Source of the DNA: Candidatus Uhrbacteria bacterium CG10_big_fil_rev_8_21_14_0_10_50_16
GTDB lineage: Bacteria > Patescibacteriota > Patescibacteriia > UBA9934 > UBA11717
NCBI GenBank assembly: GCA_002774875.1
Contig: PCYM01000001.1
Coordinates: 118,153 to 182,152 of the forward strand
Length of the DNA stretch: 64,000 nucleotides
Direction: 5' to 3'
Part shown: piece by piece, positions 40,283-50,206 of the stretch
Position numbering within the stretch: position 1 is the first letter of the stretch
How the letters are laid out: each line of letters begins with the position of its first letter
The notes under the pieces: model-generated
What the model was told of the DNA's origin: nothing
What the model saw: the letters and a program-made list of their open reading frames with translations, nothing else
Databases searched by the model: none
Position numbers and translations under genes: made by a program

Positions 40283-41506
40283 TTATTGATTAATAAGATA
40301 TTCATAAGGGTTTACGGGAATACCATTCTCCCGAACCTCAAAGTGTAGATGTGCTCCCGTTGAAAGTCCTGCACCAGGGGTTCCTGGAATTCCACCGGTT
40401 TTACCAATTGGTTGGCCTCGCTCAACAAACTGATCGGCTCTTACGTCCATTTGCGACAAATGTGCGTAGAGCGTGGCCACGCCGTTAGCGTGGATAATCA
40501 TAATGTAGTTTCCATAGCTGCGTCCTGTGAGCGCCCAGGCGACGTATCCTGGTGCGGCGGCTCGTAGCTGTGTTCCGTATGGAACGGCCATGTCGAGTCC
40601 GGAATGCTCAAAGAGATGACGGAACGGATATGTTGGGTCGTGAAACGTTGCCGTGATGACGGGGCCTGTAACGGGCCAGGACAAAATTGTCGGTCCAATA
40701 AGCTCTTGTGCTTGCTCATCTCCCTCGTCAATTTTGCGATTAACCTCCTCCTGCAATCGGAAAATTTGTGTCTGAATATATTGGCGCTCCTCACTGAGCT
40801 CACGAAGCAGCACACCAAACTGTGCCTCTGAATTCTCCGCAGCAGCTAGGAGTGAATCCTTTGCGGCCTTCTCTTGTTCTAGGTGTAGTTTTGTCTTTTG
40901 TAATTCCTCCCGCATAGAGACAAGTCGCTCTTTTTGCTCCGTTTGCTGTTCTTGTTGTGCGGACAACTGTGCACTCAACGTCTTTACGCGTTCTAGTGTA
41001 AGGGATAGATCCTCTTGCAATGTTTCTAGGTATTGTACTTGATCAAAGAACTCCGAAAATACATCATGGCCAAAAAGAACTTCAATAGGACCTGCGTCGT
41101 CTACCTGATAAAGTTCTTTGAGGACAATACCGATCATTGTGCGTGCCTCTGTGATTTGCTGTTCCGCACTTACAATCTCCTCTCGTGTTTTGTTGATCTC
41201 TAGTTCTACCTTGTCGATCGAAAGTTGCGCAGATTGAATGTCGAGCTGTGTCTTTTTGACGCGGTTTTCTAAAATGGAGAGCTCGTTTGAAAGGCTTTTT
41301 TGTTGTTGCTCAGCCTTAACGATCTTATCCTGAAACTGATCAATCTTATTGCGGATACCGTCAATTTCTGCTTGCTTGTTCTCAATGTCCGTCGAGAGTT
41401 GATCGACTGTTGTTGCGGAGACGCTTACCACAAACGCACTTGTCGCAAAAAGCGCAAGAAGAATCGGGAAAACGACGTAACGTTGGAAAAGATTCGCTTG
41501 CTGCAT
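40283..41506 (-). CDS. Coiled-coil M23 peptidase (EnvC/CwlO-like)
   Basis: Signal peptide, long coiled coil, HSGLD, YGNYIMIIH, TLYAHLS, HLHFEVR. Confidence 0.9.
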   Translation of the reverse strand: MQQANLFQRYVVFPILLALFATSAFVVSVSATTVDQLSTDIENKQAEIDGIRNKIDQFQDKIVKAEQQQKSLSNELSILENRVKKTQLDIQSAQLSIDKVELEINKTREEIVSAEQQITEARTMIGIVLKELYQVDDAGPIEVLFGHDVFSEFFDQVQYLETLQEDLSLTLERVKTLSAQLSAQQEQQTEQKERLVSMREELQKTKLHLEQEKAAKDSLLAAAENSEAQFGVLLRELSEERQYIQTQIFRLQEEVNRKIDEGDEQAQELIGPTILSWPVTGPVITATFHDPTYPFRHLFEHSGLDMAVPYGTQLRAAAPGYVAWALTGRSYGNYIMIIHANGVATLYAHLSQMDVRADQFVERGQPIGKTGGIPGTPGAGLSTGAHLHFEVRENGIPVNPYEYLINQ

Positions 41507-41508
41507 AG

Positions 41509-42963
41509 TTAGCGAGAACCTTGTAGTAAGACAATGGCCATCTCCATACGGCGTAGGGACTCCTCTGCCCCAAGGGCATAAACGAGTTCAAATGGACTTG
41601 GGGAAACCTTATTACCGGACAACGCAATACGCATTGGCCACAAGATTGCGCCAGTTTGTAAATCTTGTGCCTTAATCCATTCCTTCATAGAAAGTTCAAA
41701 TTCAGAAAGGATATGCACATCCCCGTATGATCTCACATAGCCAATAGCTGCTTTAAGCATCTCGGTGGCGTCCTGTGCGTCAGAATCCTTCCAGACCAAT
41801 AGAGCGGCTTCGTAATCTGGAGGAAGAAGAAGGTCGCGCACGCGCTCAACGAGATCGACAAGTGTTACTGCGCGTGTTTTTTCTATCTCAGCAAAACGGT
41901 ATTGTTGAGGTTCCAGGACGAGACCAAAATCCTGCAGGTGCGCAGCGAGCCCTTCCCCACTCATTTGTTGAAGATACTGCTTGTTCATCCAATCAAGTTT
42001 CTCGAAGTTTACAACTGCCCCGCCCTTATTCACCTTTTTAAGGTCGAACGAGTCAATAAGCTCTTTTAAGGAATAGATCTCTCTATCCCCTGTTGGATTA
42101 AATCCAAGTGTTGCAATAAAGTTCACGAGCGTTTCTGCCAGGTAGCCCTTCTCTAGATACTGTTCCGCGCCAACATCTCCTTGTCGTTTGCTCAACTTTG
42201 AGCGATCAGCATTTAATAAGAGTGGTACATGCGCAAAACGAGGCGCCTCCCAACCCAACATCGTATAGAGCATAAGATGTTTGGGTGTTGAAGAAAGCCA
42301 TTCCTCACCACGAATAACGGTCGTAATCTCCATAAGGTGATCATCGACAACAACGGCCAGGTGATACGTTGGAAACCCGTCGGTTTTTAGGAGCACTTGA
42401 TCGTCTATTTCCTTGTGGTCGAACGTAACATCACCACGAATAATGTCGTGAATCACTGTTTTCCCTTCCGGAACGTGGAGTCGGATAACGTGAGGCGTAT
42501 TAACCTTAAGGTGCTGCTCGATCTCTGCATCGGATGCATGGAGACAGTGCCGATCATACTTAGGCTGCTCTTTATTCGCTTGCTGTTCTTTTCGCATGGC
42601 ATCAAGTCGATCACGATCACAGAAGCAACGATAGGCATGACCGTCCGCGATGAGTTGCTGCGCGTATTTTGCGTAAATAGTAAGACGTTTGGATTGTACG
42701 TACGGTCCAAAGTCCCCACGTTCGGAAAGAGAACTCCCTTGTCGGTAGACGCCTTCGTCGGGGTCAAGACCAAGCCTATGTAGGGTATCGATGATATTCT
42801 CAACACCATTTTCCACAGAACGCGCTTGATCTGTGTCCTCAATACGTAATAAAAAATCCCCTCCTGACTGTTTTGCAAGAAAGTAGGCATACAGAGCGGT
42901 ACGAACACCACCAATATGCAAGAGACCCGTTGGGCTTGGAGCGAAGCGTGTACGTTCTTTCAT
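41509..42963 (-). CDS. gltX: Glutamate--tRNA ligase
   Basis: RFAPSPTGLLHIGG, LRIEDTD, PTYHLAVVVDDH, KLSKR. Confidence 0.97.
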   Translation of the reverse strand: MKERTRFAPSPTGLLHIGGVRTALYAYFLAKQSGGDFLLRIEDTDQARSVENGVENIIDTLHRLGLDPDEGVYRQGSSLSERGDFGPYVQSKRLTIYAKYAQQLIADGHAYRCFCDRDRLDAMRKEQQANKEQPKYDRHCLHASDAEIEQHLKVNTPHVIRLHVPEGKTVIHDIIRGDVTFDHKEIDDQVLLKTDGFPTYHLAVVVDDHLMEITTVIRGEEWLSSTPKHLMLYTMLGWEAPRFAHVPLLLNADRSKLSKRQGDVGAEQYLEKGYLAETLVNFIATLGFNPTGDREIYSLKELIDSFDLKKVNKGGAVVNFEKLDWMNKQYLQQMSGEGLAAHLQDFGLVLEPQQYRFAEIEKTRAVTLVDLVERVRDLLLPPDYEAALLVWKDSDAQDATEMLKAAIGYVRSYGDVHILSEFELSMKEWIKAQDLQTGAILWPMRIALSGNKVSPSPFELVYALGAEESLRRMEMAIVLLQGSR

Positions 42964-42999
42964 AGGGTTTCAACGAGTCAAATACAATTAAACATGGGC

Positions 43000-43779
43000 C
43001 TAGCGATCGCCCCTGGTCGCTGTAAGTCTATCCAAAATAGCAGCGATTGGAAAGCGGATAACTGCGTCGTAAATTCGATGAATACGGCTAGGTTGTCGCA
43101 AAACGCGCCAAAGCCACTCTAAACCAATCGCACGCATCCAAATTGGTGCTCGCATTATACGGCCGGAAATCATGTCGACAGCACCGCCTACACCGATTGC
43201 GACACGTACGGAGGGAAACTGTGGCGCGTGGTCTACGATCCATCGTTCCTGTCGCGAATATCCGGCTCCACCAAGGGCGATTGCGAGTACGTCTGGAGCG
43301 AGTTGTTGAACACGAGACAGTAAGTCGCCTGGTTGATTCCACTCGTCCAAGTCCCAGTGAATACGCATATCGCTCAAGGAAGAGACGCGTAGCCCTGGAA
43401 ACGCTGTTTCTAGGATCGTACTTGCGCGTGCGGAGTCTTCTCCCCAACCGCCAATAATAAGGAGATGCATGTTTCGCTGACCTGCGAGCCGACAAATATC
43501 AAGCAATACGTCTACTCCCGGAAAACGTCGCAATGTCCCCTGCCCCGTGAGACGAGATAATAGTGACAGACCAAATCCATCTGGGATGCGCATATGCATT
43601 CGACGAAGAATACGAGCAATGTCCTCGTCCTGATGGGCTGCGAGCAACATCTCTGGGTTTGGTGTAGCGATGAGTACTTGTCCTAGCTCGTCGAGTGCTT
43701 GTGACAAACGCAATTCGAGCGTCCGTTGTGTGAGGCGATCAATAGGTATATCGAAAAAATCTATCTGTGCTGTGTTCAT
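43000..43779 (-). CDS. WecB/TagA/CpsF family glycosyltransferase
   Basis: ATPNPEM, IPDGFG, QERWI, GVGGAVD, RAPIWMRAIGLEWLWR. Confidence 0.92.
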   Translation of the reverse strand: MNTAQIDFFDIPIDRLTQRTLELRLSQALDELGQVLIATPNPEMLLAAHQDEDIARILRRMHMRIPDGFGLSLLSRLTGQGTLRRFPGVDVLLDICRLAGQRNMHLLIIGGWGEDSARASTILETAFPGLRVSSLSDMRIHWDLDEWNQPGDLLSRVQQLAPDVLAIALGGAGYSRQERWIVDHAPQFPSVRVAIGVGGAVDMISGRIMRAPIWMRAIGLEWLWRVLRQPSRIHRIYDAVIRFPIAAILDRLTATRGDR

Positions 43780-44330
43780 GATTGCTGAAGGTCTATCGTT
43801 GCAAGAGGGACGTATCTTACCTCAGGACCAGGGATGGATTCAAATAACGTGAGAGAATGCGCCCAAAAGGTGAATTGTGGGCTGTGGATGGTTTTAAGAT
43901 CAAGTGCGAATGGACGTGTTTCGGAGCGCATGCGAGCAAGTGTGATGTGGGGTCTCCAAGGCCGGACTACTGCGGACAGGCTAAGATCGTTTAAAACAAA
44001 AGAAAGCGCTGTGTAGGTTTGAAACGCGGCAGACGTAAGATCGGCAAGTCTCATTGTGAGAGAGAATGGTGTGTTTGTGTGCGGCAGGAGCTCCAATGAC
44101 CACGTTGTAAATGAGATCGGAGGTAGCTGTAACATTTGCAAGGCCTGTACGAGTTGCGTTGTAGAATCTTCACTTACGTCTCCGAGATATTGAAGCGTGA
44201 TGTGGAATTGCTGTTCTGGTACCCAACACACGCGTTCGTCTCGTATTGCTCGCCTAAGCGTTTCTTGAATAACCCGAAAAGATGGAATTGCAGACTCCCC
44301 GATGTTGAGGGCTAGGAATAGTCGAGCCAT
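43776..44330 (-). CDS. thpR: RNA 2',3'-cyclic phosphodiesterase (2H family)
   Basis: RLFLAL, two HxT motifs (FHITL, PHITLAR), LFES. Confidence 0.9.
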   Translation of the reverse strand: MARLFLALNIGESAIPSFRVIQETLRRAIRDERVCWVPEQQFHITLQYLGDVSEDSTTQLVQALQMLQLPPISFTTWSLELLPHTNTPFSLTMRLADLTSAAFQTYTALSFVLNDLSLSAVVRPWRPHITLARMRSETRPFALDLKTIHSPQFTFWAHSLTLFESIPGPEVRYVPLATIDLQQS

Positions 44331-44389
44331 AAGCAGAAGTGATTATCTCCATAGTAGCCGCAAAAGGGACGATTTGTCCACACGAATGC

Positions 44390-44430
44390 TTGACGAAACC
44401 AGACTAGCAGTCTAGAATTGAGAGTGCTAA
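44390..44430 (+). promoter_or_regulatory. clpB promoter with overlapping CIRCE (HrcA operator)
   Basis: TTGACG-17-TAGAAT; CTAGCAGTC-N9-GAGTGCTAA at 44404-44430 versus consensus TTAGCACTC-N9-GAGTGCTAA. Confidence 0.85.
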
Positions 44431-44439
44431 TTACACGCC

Positions 44440-47106
44440 ATGCTACCAAATAATTTCACAACAAAATCCCAGGAAGCGATTCAACGTGCGCATGCGTTTG
44501 CCGTGGAACAAGGACAACAGCAATTGGAGCCGTTGCATTTGTTTTATGCGCTTGTTTCTAACGGTGATAGCGTTGTTGTATCGTTGTTGCAAAAACTCGG
44601 ATGCGATTTATCACTTATCCGCGCAGACATTGAGCGAGAGCTTAAGGCCCTTCCCCGTGTTACAGCACCACACGCGCCCCAAGGCCAGGTATTTTTGGCG
44701 GAAGCGCTTGCACGTACGTTTCAAAACGCAGAACAGGCGGCCCGAGAATTTGGCGACGCCTATATTTCTACCGAGCATCTCTTTCTTGGGTTGATTGCGT
44801 CAAGTAAAGCGGTTGGTCGTATTTTGACGGCGCAAGGGGTGACGGACGCGTCTGTTTTTGAAACATTAAAAGCGCTGCGTGGAACCACGAAGATTGATTC
44901 GCCAGACGCAGAGGCGGGTGTAGATGCGCTAGAAAAATATACCATCAACCTCACGGATCTTGCTCGGGAGGAAAAATTAGATCCCGTGATTGGCCGCGAT
45001 GAAGAGATTCGACGCGTTATGCAGGTATTGTCACGTCGTATCAAAAATAATCCGGTGCTCATTGGAGAAGCAGGAACCGGAAAAACGGCCATCGTAGAGG
45101 CACTCGCACAACGCATTATTGCAAACGATGTTCCAGAAAGCCTTGCAGGGAAGGAATTGATCAGTTTAGACATTGGCGCACTTGTTGCGGGAACCAAGTA
45201 TCGAGGAGAGTTTGAAGATCGATTAAAGTCGATTATCCGAGAAATTGACGACGCGTCCGGCAAGTATATTTTGTTTGTCGATGAGCTACATACTCTTGTG
45301 GGTGCTGGCGCCTCTGGCGAAGGTGGTGGATTAGACGCTGCAAATATTCTCAAACCCGCACTCGCACGCGGCCAACTTAAGGCGGTTGGTGCAACAACGC
45401 TGAAGGAGTATCAAAAATACATCGAGAAAGACCCAGCACTTGAGCGTCGATTCCAGCCAATCATGGTAGAGGAACCGGATCGTGAAGATGCGATTGCTAT
45501 TTTGCGTGGTATTAAGGATAAGTATGAGCTCCATCATGGAATTCGTATTACAGACGCGGCGATCGTGTCGGCGGTTGATTTGTCGCAGCGCTATATTACA
45601 GATCGATTTTTGCCAGATAAAGCTGTTGATTTGATCGACGAGGCAGGTTCTGCTCTTCGTATGGATATCGACAGCATGCCGGAGGAGTTGAATACACTCA
45701 AAAATGACATGAAGCGTTTGGAGATTGAGAAGGCGGCATTGGAGTTGGAGAGTGATAAAAAAGCCAAGGAACGGCTCGGGATTGTGGATAAAGAGATCAA
45801 CGAGCTTGCGGAAAGTGTGAATGAACTTGAATTGCGTTGGACGGCGGAGAAGGATCAGATTACATCTATTCGTGATTTGTCTAAGCGTATCGATGCATTG
45901 CGCGCCGAGGCGGAGATTGAGGAACGTCGAGGCGATTTGCAAAAAGTGGCCGAGATTCGCTATGGTCGCATTCCGGAACTTGAGAAAGAAATGTATGAGC
46001 ACCAGGAGCGTCTTAAGCTATTGCAAACAGAGCGCGGGCTGCTTAAAGAGGAAGTAACAGAGGAAGATGTTGCACGCGTTGTGTCAAACTGGACGGGCGT
46101 ACCTGTATCAAAAATGCTCAAAAGCGAAATGGAAAAGCTCTCCAACATGGAGGATAACCTGGCACATCGTGTGATTGGTCAGGGTGAGGCGGTGCATGCA
46201 GTCTCTAACGCATTGCGACGATCCCGTGCGGGAATCTCCGAGGAAAATAGGCCTATTGGAAGTTTTATCTTTTTGGGGCCGACGGGTGTTGGAAAAACGG
46301 AGCTGGCTAAGGCGCTTGCCGAGTTTATGTTTGACGACGAGTCGAGCATTGTACGCGTAGACATGTCGGAGTACATGGAGAAGCACTCCATCTCTAAGAT
46401 GATTGGATCGCCTCCAGGGTATGTTGGACATGATGAATCTGGTCAGCTCACGGAGAAAATTCGTCGACACCCCTACTCTGTTGTGCTGTTTGATGAGATT
46501 GAGAAAGCTCATCCGGACGTTTTTAATATCATGTTGCAAATTTTGGATGATGGGCATGTAACGGACACCAAGGGGCGAAAGATCAACTTCAAAAACACCG
46601 TGATTGTCATGACGTCCAACATTGGATCAGACATTATTCTCGATTCCGGTACGCGTAGCACGATTGGCTTTAACGGAGAGAGCGACACAGTGGCAGATAC
46701 GGCAACGTCACGTCAGGACACGGAATTGCACGAAAAAATCATGCACCTTATAAAACAGCAGTTCCGACCAGAATTTCTCAACCGAATCGACGACATTATT
46801 ATTTTCCACTCACTCGGGAAAAAGGAGATTCGTAAAATCGTGGATCTGCAGGTTGCGCGCGTCGCAGAACGTGTAGAGTTACAGGGGCTGACGTTGGAAG
46901 TGAGCGATAAGGCAAAGACTTATTTGGCGGATGCAGGTTATGACCCGCTCTACGGTGCACGTCCGCTCAAACGCGTGATTCAAGACCAGATCCTAAACCC
47001 CCTCTCTATGATGATTATCAATCAGGAGGTAGAAGAAGATCACACTATTAAAATAGACGTTAAAACCAACGCACTATCATTCACGGTAACAAAAAAGAAG
47101 GCCTGA
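44440..47106 (+). CDS. clpB: ATP-dependent chaperone ClpB
   Basis: Clp N-domain, GEAGTGKT and GPTGVGKT Walker A motifs, middle coiled coil, GARPLKR. Confidence 0.97.
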   Translation: MLPNNFTTKSQEAIQRAHAFAVEQGQQQLEPLHLFYALVSNGDSVVVSLLQKLGCDLSLIRADIERELKALPRVTAPHAPQGQVFLAEALARTFQNAEQAAREFGDAYISTEHLFLGLIASSKAVGRILTAQGVTDASVFETLKALRGTTKIDSPDAEAGVDALEKYTINLTDLAREEKLDPVIGRDEEIRRVMQVLSRRIKNNPVLIGEAGTGKTAIVEALAQRIIANDVPESLAGKELISLDIGALVAGTKYRGEFEDRLKSIIREIDDASGKYILFVDELHTLVGAGASGEGGGLDAANILKPALARGQLKAVGATTLKEYQKYIEKDPALERRFQPIMVEEPDREDAIAILRGIKDKYELHHGIRITDAAIVSAVDLSQRYITDRFLPDKAVDLIDEAGSALRMDIDSMPEELNTLKNDMKRLEIEKAALELESDKKAKERLGIVDKEINELAESVNELELRWTAEKDQITSIRDLSKRIDALRAEAEIEERRGDLQKVAEIRYGRIPELEKEMYEHQERLKLLQTERGLLKEEVTEEDVARVVSNWTGVPVSKMLKSEMEKLSNMEDNLAHRVIGQGEAVHAVSNALRRSRAGISEENRPIGSFIFLGPTGVGKTELAKALAEFMFDDESSIVRVDMSEYMEKHSISKMIGSPPGYVGHDESGQLTEKIRRHPYSVVLFDEIEKAHPDVFNIMLQILDDGHVTDTKGRKINFKNTVIVMTSNIGSDIILDSGTRSTIGFNGESDTVADTATSRQDTELHEKIMHLIKQQFRPEFLNRIDDIIIFHSLGKKEIRKIVDLQVARVAERVELQGLTLEVSDKAKTYLADAGYDPLYGARPLKRVIQDQILNPLSMMIINQEVEEDHTIKIDVKTNALSFTVTKKKA

Positions 47107-47118
47107 GAGCCTTCTTTT
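47093..47118. terminator. Bidirectional terminator
   Basis: AAAAGAAGGC-CTGAGA-GCCTTCTTTT between convergent genes. Confidence 0.8.
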
Positions 47119-47119
47119 G

Positions 47120-47446
47120 CTATCGATTATCTCCGTTTCCATGCAAGACGCCGCGATCTTTGCGGGAGAGAAGTTTTTGTAAATTACGGTCGGCGAGTTC
47201 GTCTAATGTTATGTTGAGCTCCGTGGCTAGGTTAGAAATGTACCAAAGGACGTCTCCCAGTTCCTTTACGATTTCTTGTTGCTGTTCGTCCGTCATCTCT
47301 TCCCCGCCTCTGAGGATTTTTTTTACCTTTTCTGCCACCTCACCCGCTTCTCCTACGAGGCCGAGGGTTGGGTAGACGTAATTTGATCCTAAATCAGGGT
47401 AAATGGCCGTTGTGCGCGCTGTTGTTTGATAATCGTTGAATGTCAT
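47120..47446 (-). CDS. MazG-like NTP pyrophosphohydrolase
   Basis: FNDYQ, LGLVGEAGEVAEKVKK, ELGDVLWY, NLQKL..R..RG..GNGDNR. Confidence 0.9.
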   Translation of the reverse strand: MTFNDYQTTARTTAIYPDLGSNYVYPTLGLVGEAGEVAEKVKKILRGGEEMTDEQQQEIVKELGDVLWYISNLATELNITLDELADRNLQKLLSRKDRGVLHGNGDNR

Positions 47447-47502
47447 AGTAGGGGCAGTATACACCCAAACGTGGAGAAAAAAATTGTGCGCCGAGCAGAG
47501 GC

Positions 47503-47913
47503 TCAGCGCAGGTCGTGTACTTCCAGCTTCATGGTGAGGCCGATCACCTCTCCAAGAGCTTTGAGTTGTGCAAAAAGCCCCAGTAGATCAATCTCGCCAC
47601 GCACGAATTCCAGGATGATCCTGTGGACGTTCTTGTACCAGTCGTTCAGGGTTCCGTCGTCCGGCAGCTTGAACGTGTCCCGGAACGCCGTCCACTGCCC
47701 CGCGGCGTCCTTGAAGAACTTGCGAGTGCCGTGCTGTTCTGGCCCGTAAGCCAGCATCCCTAGCTGCGCCGTGAGCCGACCCTGGACCGTGAGCGGATCA
47801 ATACAGTCCGATCGGAAATCGCGGGCCAGAGAGACCTCTCCCGGCTTGTCCATGCACAACATGAGCTGACGTCCGTTCCCATCCCATATCCGAATTACTG
47901 ACGTTGGTGGCAT
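47503..47913 (-). CDS. ORFan protein (136 aa)
   Basis: AAGGAGGTG SD upstream of ATG 47913, GC-rich codons, own promoter. Confidence 0.7.
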   Translation of the reverse strand: MPPTSVIRIWDGNGRQLMLCMDKPGEVSLARDFRSDCIDPLTVQGRLTAQLGMLAYGPEQHGTRKFFKDAAGQWTAFRDTFKLPDDGTLNDWYKNVHRIILEFVRGEIDLLGLFAQLKALGEVIGLTMKLEVHDLR

Positions 47914-47932
47914 GCGCACCTCCTTCTGCCCT

Positions 47933-47961
47933 AACGTATGCGATTTCCTCCCACTTGTCAA
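47933..47961 (-). promoter_or_regulatory. sigma70 promoter for the ORFan
   Basis: TTGACA-17 nt-TACGTT. Confidence 0.65.
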
Positions 47962-48009
47962 TAAACGTTCGTTCTTTCTTGCAAATTTGATATCTGGTAG
48001 AATAACGCC

Positions 48010-49407
48010 ATGAGCCAATCCAAAGAGAAGAAATCTTTTAGAACACTCGGGGTCTTATGTGCGATCCTGCTCACGCCTGTATTAAGCGTGTCTGCAGCCG
48101 AGTTTGATCCCAATTTTATTATTTCCGATCGTGACATGACCAATAAGAGTGTTATGTCGTTAGACGCCGTGCAAGCATTTTTAGTAGACAAACGTGGTGC
48201 GCTTGGAAGCTATGTCGCCCAAGATTTGGACGGCGTTTCTAAACGCGCGTCAGATATTATTTATCGCGTGTCACAAGAATTTTTGTTGAATCCACGCTTT
48301 TTGCTCGTCATGCTGCAAAAGGAGCAATCACTTGTGACGGATCCCACGCCGAAACAAGGTCAATACGATTGGGCTACAGGGTATGCCGTGTGTGACGCGT
48401 GTAATGTAAATGCGAGCGGTGTCTCTCGCTACAAGGGATTTGCAAAGCAAGTAGACAGTATGGCGCAACAGTTTCGACTAGGGTATTTACCTGCGTTGGA
48501 GGAGCTCGGCGAAACACAGACACGATTAGCACCTGGCCGTGAGACAACAATCGACGGTCGCACAGTCACTCCGGTCAACAACGCCACTGCGGCTCTCTAT
48601 ACCTATACGCCTCATATTGAGGGAAACCAAAACTTTTGGCGGATTTGGAACACGTGGTTTGATACGGCGGATTATCCGTCCGGTACACTGTTGCGAGATA
48701 TTCAGGATGGATCAATATGGTTGATTAAGTTCGGCCGACGTCGACACATTGCAAGTCAGGCCATTTTAGCGTCGTTTTACGATCCGGCCTCCGTGATCGA
48801 GGTGGATCACGGTACGATTTTGGCGTACGAGGAAGGTAAGGCAATTGCGTTCCCAAATTACTCACTGGTGCGTGTTGAAACGGGTGATGTCTATTTGCTC
48901 GTTAATGATTCAAAACGACGGTTTATCTCACTGAGCGATATTGCGCGATTTGGCTATGCACCAGAGGAAGTAATTGACGCACAGGAGGCGGACCTTGCGG
49001 ATTATCAAATGGGCACATCTATCTCTTACGACACGGCGTATCCGCAAGGGGCCGTGTTACAACATCCGGAAACAAAATCCCTTTTCTATGTATTGAACGG
49101 TGTCCGTCATGCCATTGTATCCGAGGATATCCTTAAAGCACGCTATGCGAGCTGGCGTGTACGTCCATCAACGATTGAGGAACTTGCAAGTTATTCGGAG
49201 GGCGCGGCTATTACATTTCCCGATGGCACACTGGTGATGGTAGACGGTAACCCAACGGTATATGTGATCTCAGACGGCAAGCGCCGACCAATCATTAGTG
49301 AGGACACGTTCTTGGGGCTTGGCTACAAGTGGGAACATATTATTCGAACAACACCCGCTTCCGTAGAGGTACATGCGCCGGGAATGTTACTTAGTATTAC
49401 GCAGTAG
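48010..49407 (+). CDS. Secreted protein: putative cell-wall-hydrolase-like domain plus four ~60-aa repeats
   Basis: Signal peptide, FDPNFIISD, LLVMLQKEQSLV, NNATAALYTYTPH; repeats start YPSGTL, FPNYSL, YPQGAV, FPDGTL. Confidence 0.7.
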   Translation: MSQSKEKKSFRTLGVLCAILLTPVLSVSAAEFDPNFIISDRDMTNKSVMSLDAVQAFLVDKRGALGSYVAQDLDGVSKRASDIIYRVSQEFLLNPRFLLVMLQKEQSLVTDPTPKQGQYDWATGYAVCDACNVNASGVSRYKGFAKQVDSMAQQFRLGYLPALEELGETQTRLAPGRETTIDGRTVTPVNNATAALYTYTPHIEGNQNFWRIWNTWFDTADYPSGTLLRDIQDGSIWLIKFGRRRHIASQAILASFYDPASVIEVDHGTILAYEEGKAIAFPNYSLVRVETGDVYLLVNDSKRRFISLSDIARFGYAPEEVIDAQEADLADYQMGTSISYDTAYPQGAVLQHPETKSLFYVLNGVRHAIVSEDILKARYASWRVRPSTIEELASYSEGAAITFPDGTLVMVDGNPTVYVISDGKRRPIISEDTFLGLGYKWEHIIRTTPASVEVHAPGMLLSITQ

Positions 49408-49408
49408 T

Positions 49409-50200
49409 ATGTTGAATTACGCAGCCATTATTCCCCACCCACCCTTTGCCATTGAGGGGTTAAAACAAAGTCAAACGGATGTTTTGAAGGATACGATTCA
49501 TGCCATTAAGTCAGTTGGAGAGGATCTAATGGCACTCAATATCGACACCCTTGTTTTATTAACGATTCATGGTGAACGCTATGAGCGGGCGCTTGGTATC
49601 GCATTGCATGACCCAAACGTTGCAAGTTTAAAGGAGTTTGGCGACCTGCGGGACGATGTTATTTTTCCGCCAGACATGCGCCTTGCCGACAAGATCCAAC
49701 GCGCCGTTCGCCATTCGGATTACCACTCCACAATGACCACAAACGAGACACTCGACCATGCTACATCCGTGCCACTCGTGTTGTTAAAGGAGTACGTCCA
49801 GGGCATGCGTGTTTTGCCGCTCACGGCTCCGGTAGATGAACCGCGTGCGATCGTTGGGTTAGGCGAGGTGATTCGACGTGCGATTGATGACAGCACAAAA
49901 CGTGTGGCCGTGTTGGCGGTGGCGGAGCTCTCTCAGCGTTTGTCGGAGCTTTCCCTTGGTGGAGTTCATCCGCATGCAGCGATGTTTGATGAATCTATTC
50001 GAACCGCGCTGGTTGATGGCAACTCTCTTCCCTTGTTAAAACCAACAACAAAAGAACTGGAGGAAATTGGCGGACAAGAACTTGATGCCATTCGCTTGTT
50101 CTGGGGGATCCTTGATACAACCGAATGTCGTTTTGAAGAGCGTGCCTACGAGCACCCACTTGGGGTTGGATACCTCACAATAGTTGCACACATAAAATAG
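49409..50200 (+). CDS. MEMO/LigB-like (class III extradiol dioxygenase subunit B fold) protein
   Basis: IIPHPP, TIHG, LDHATSVPL, AELSQRL, YEHPLGVGY. Confidence 0.75.
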   Translation: MLNYAAIIPHPPFAIEGLKQSQTDVLKDTIHAIKSVGEDLMALNIDTLVLLTIHGERYERALGIALHDPNVASLKEFGDLRDDVIFPPDMRLADKIQRAVRHSDYHSTMTTNETLDHATSVPLVLLKEYVQGMRVLPLTAPVDEPRAIVGLGEVIRRAIDDSTKRVAVLAVAELSQRLSELSLGGVHPHAAMFDESIRTALVDGNSLPLLKPTTKELEEIGGQELDAIRLFWGILDTTECRFEERAYEHPLGVGYLTIVAHIK

Positions 50201-50206
50201 TCCAGA

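Noticed and set aside
45331-46557. Long antisense ORFs opposite clpB (also opposite atpA/atpG/atpD and others)
   Set aside because: Shadow frames of conserved genes with no independent signals
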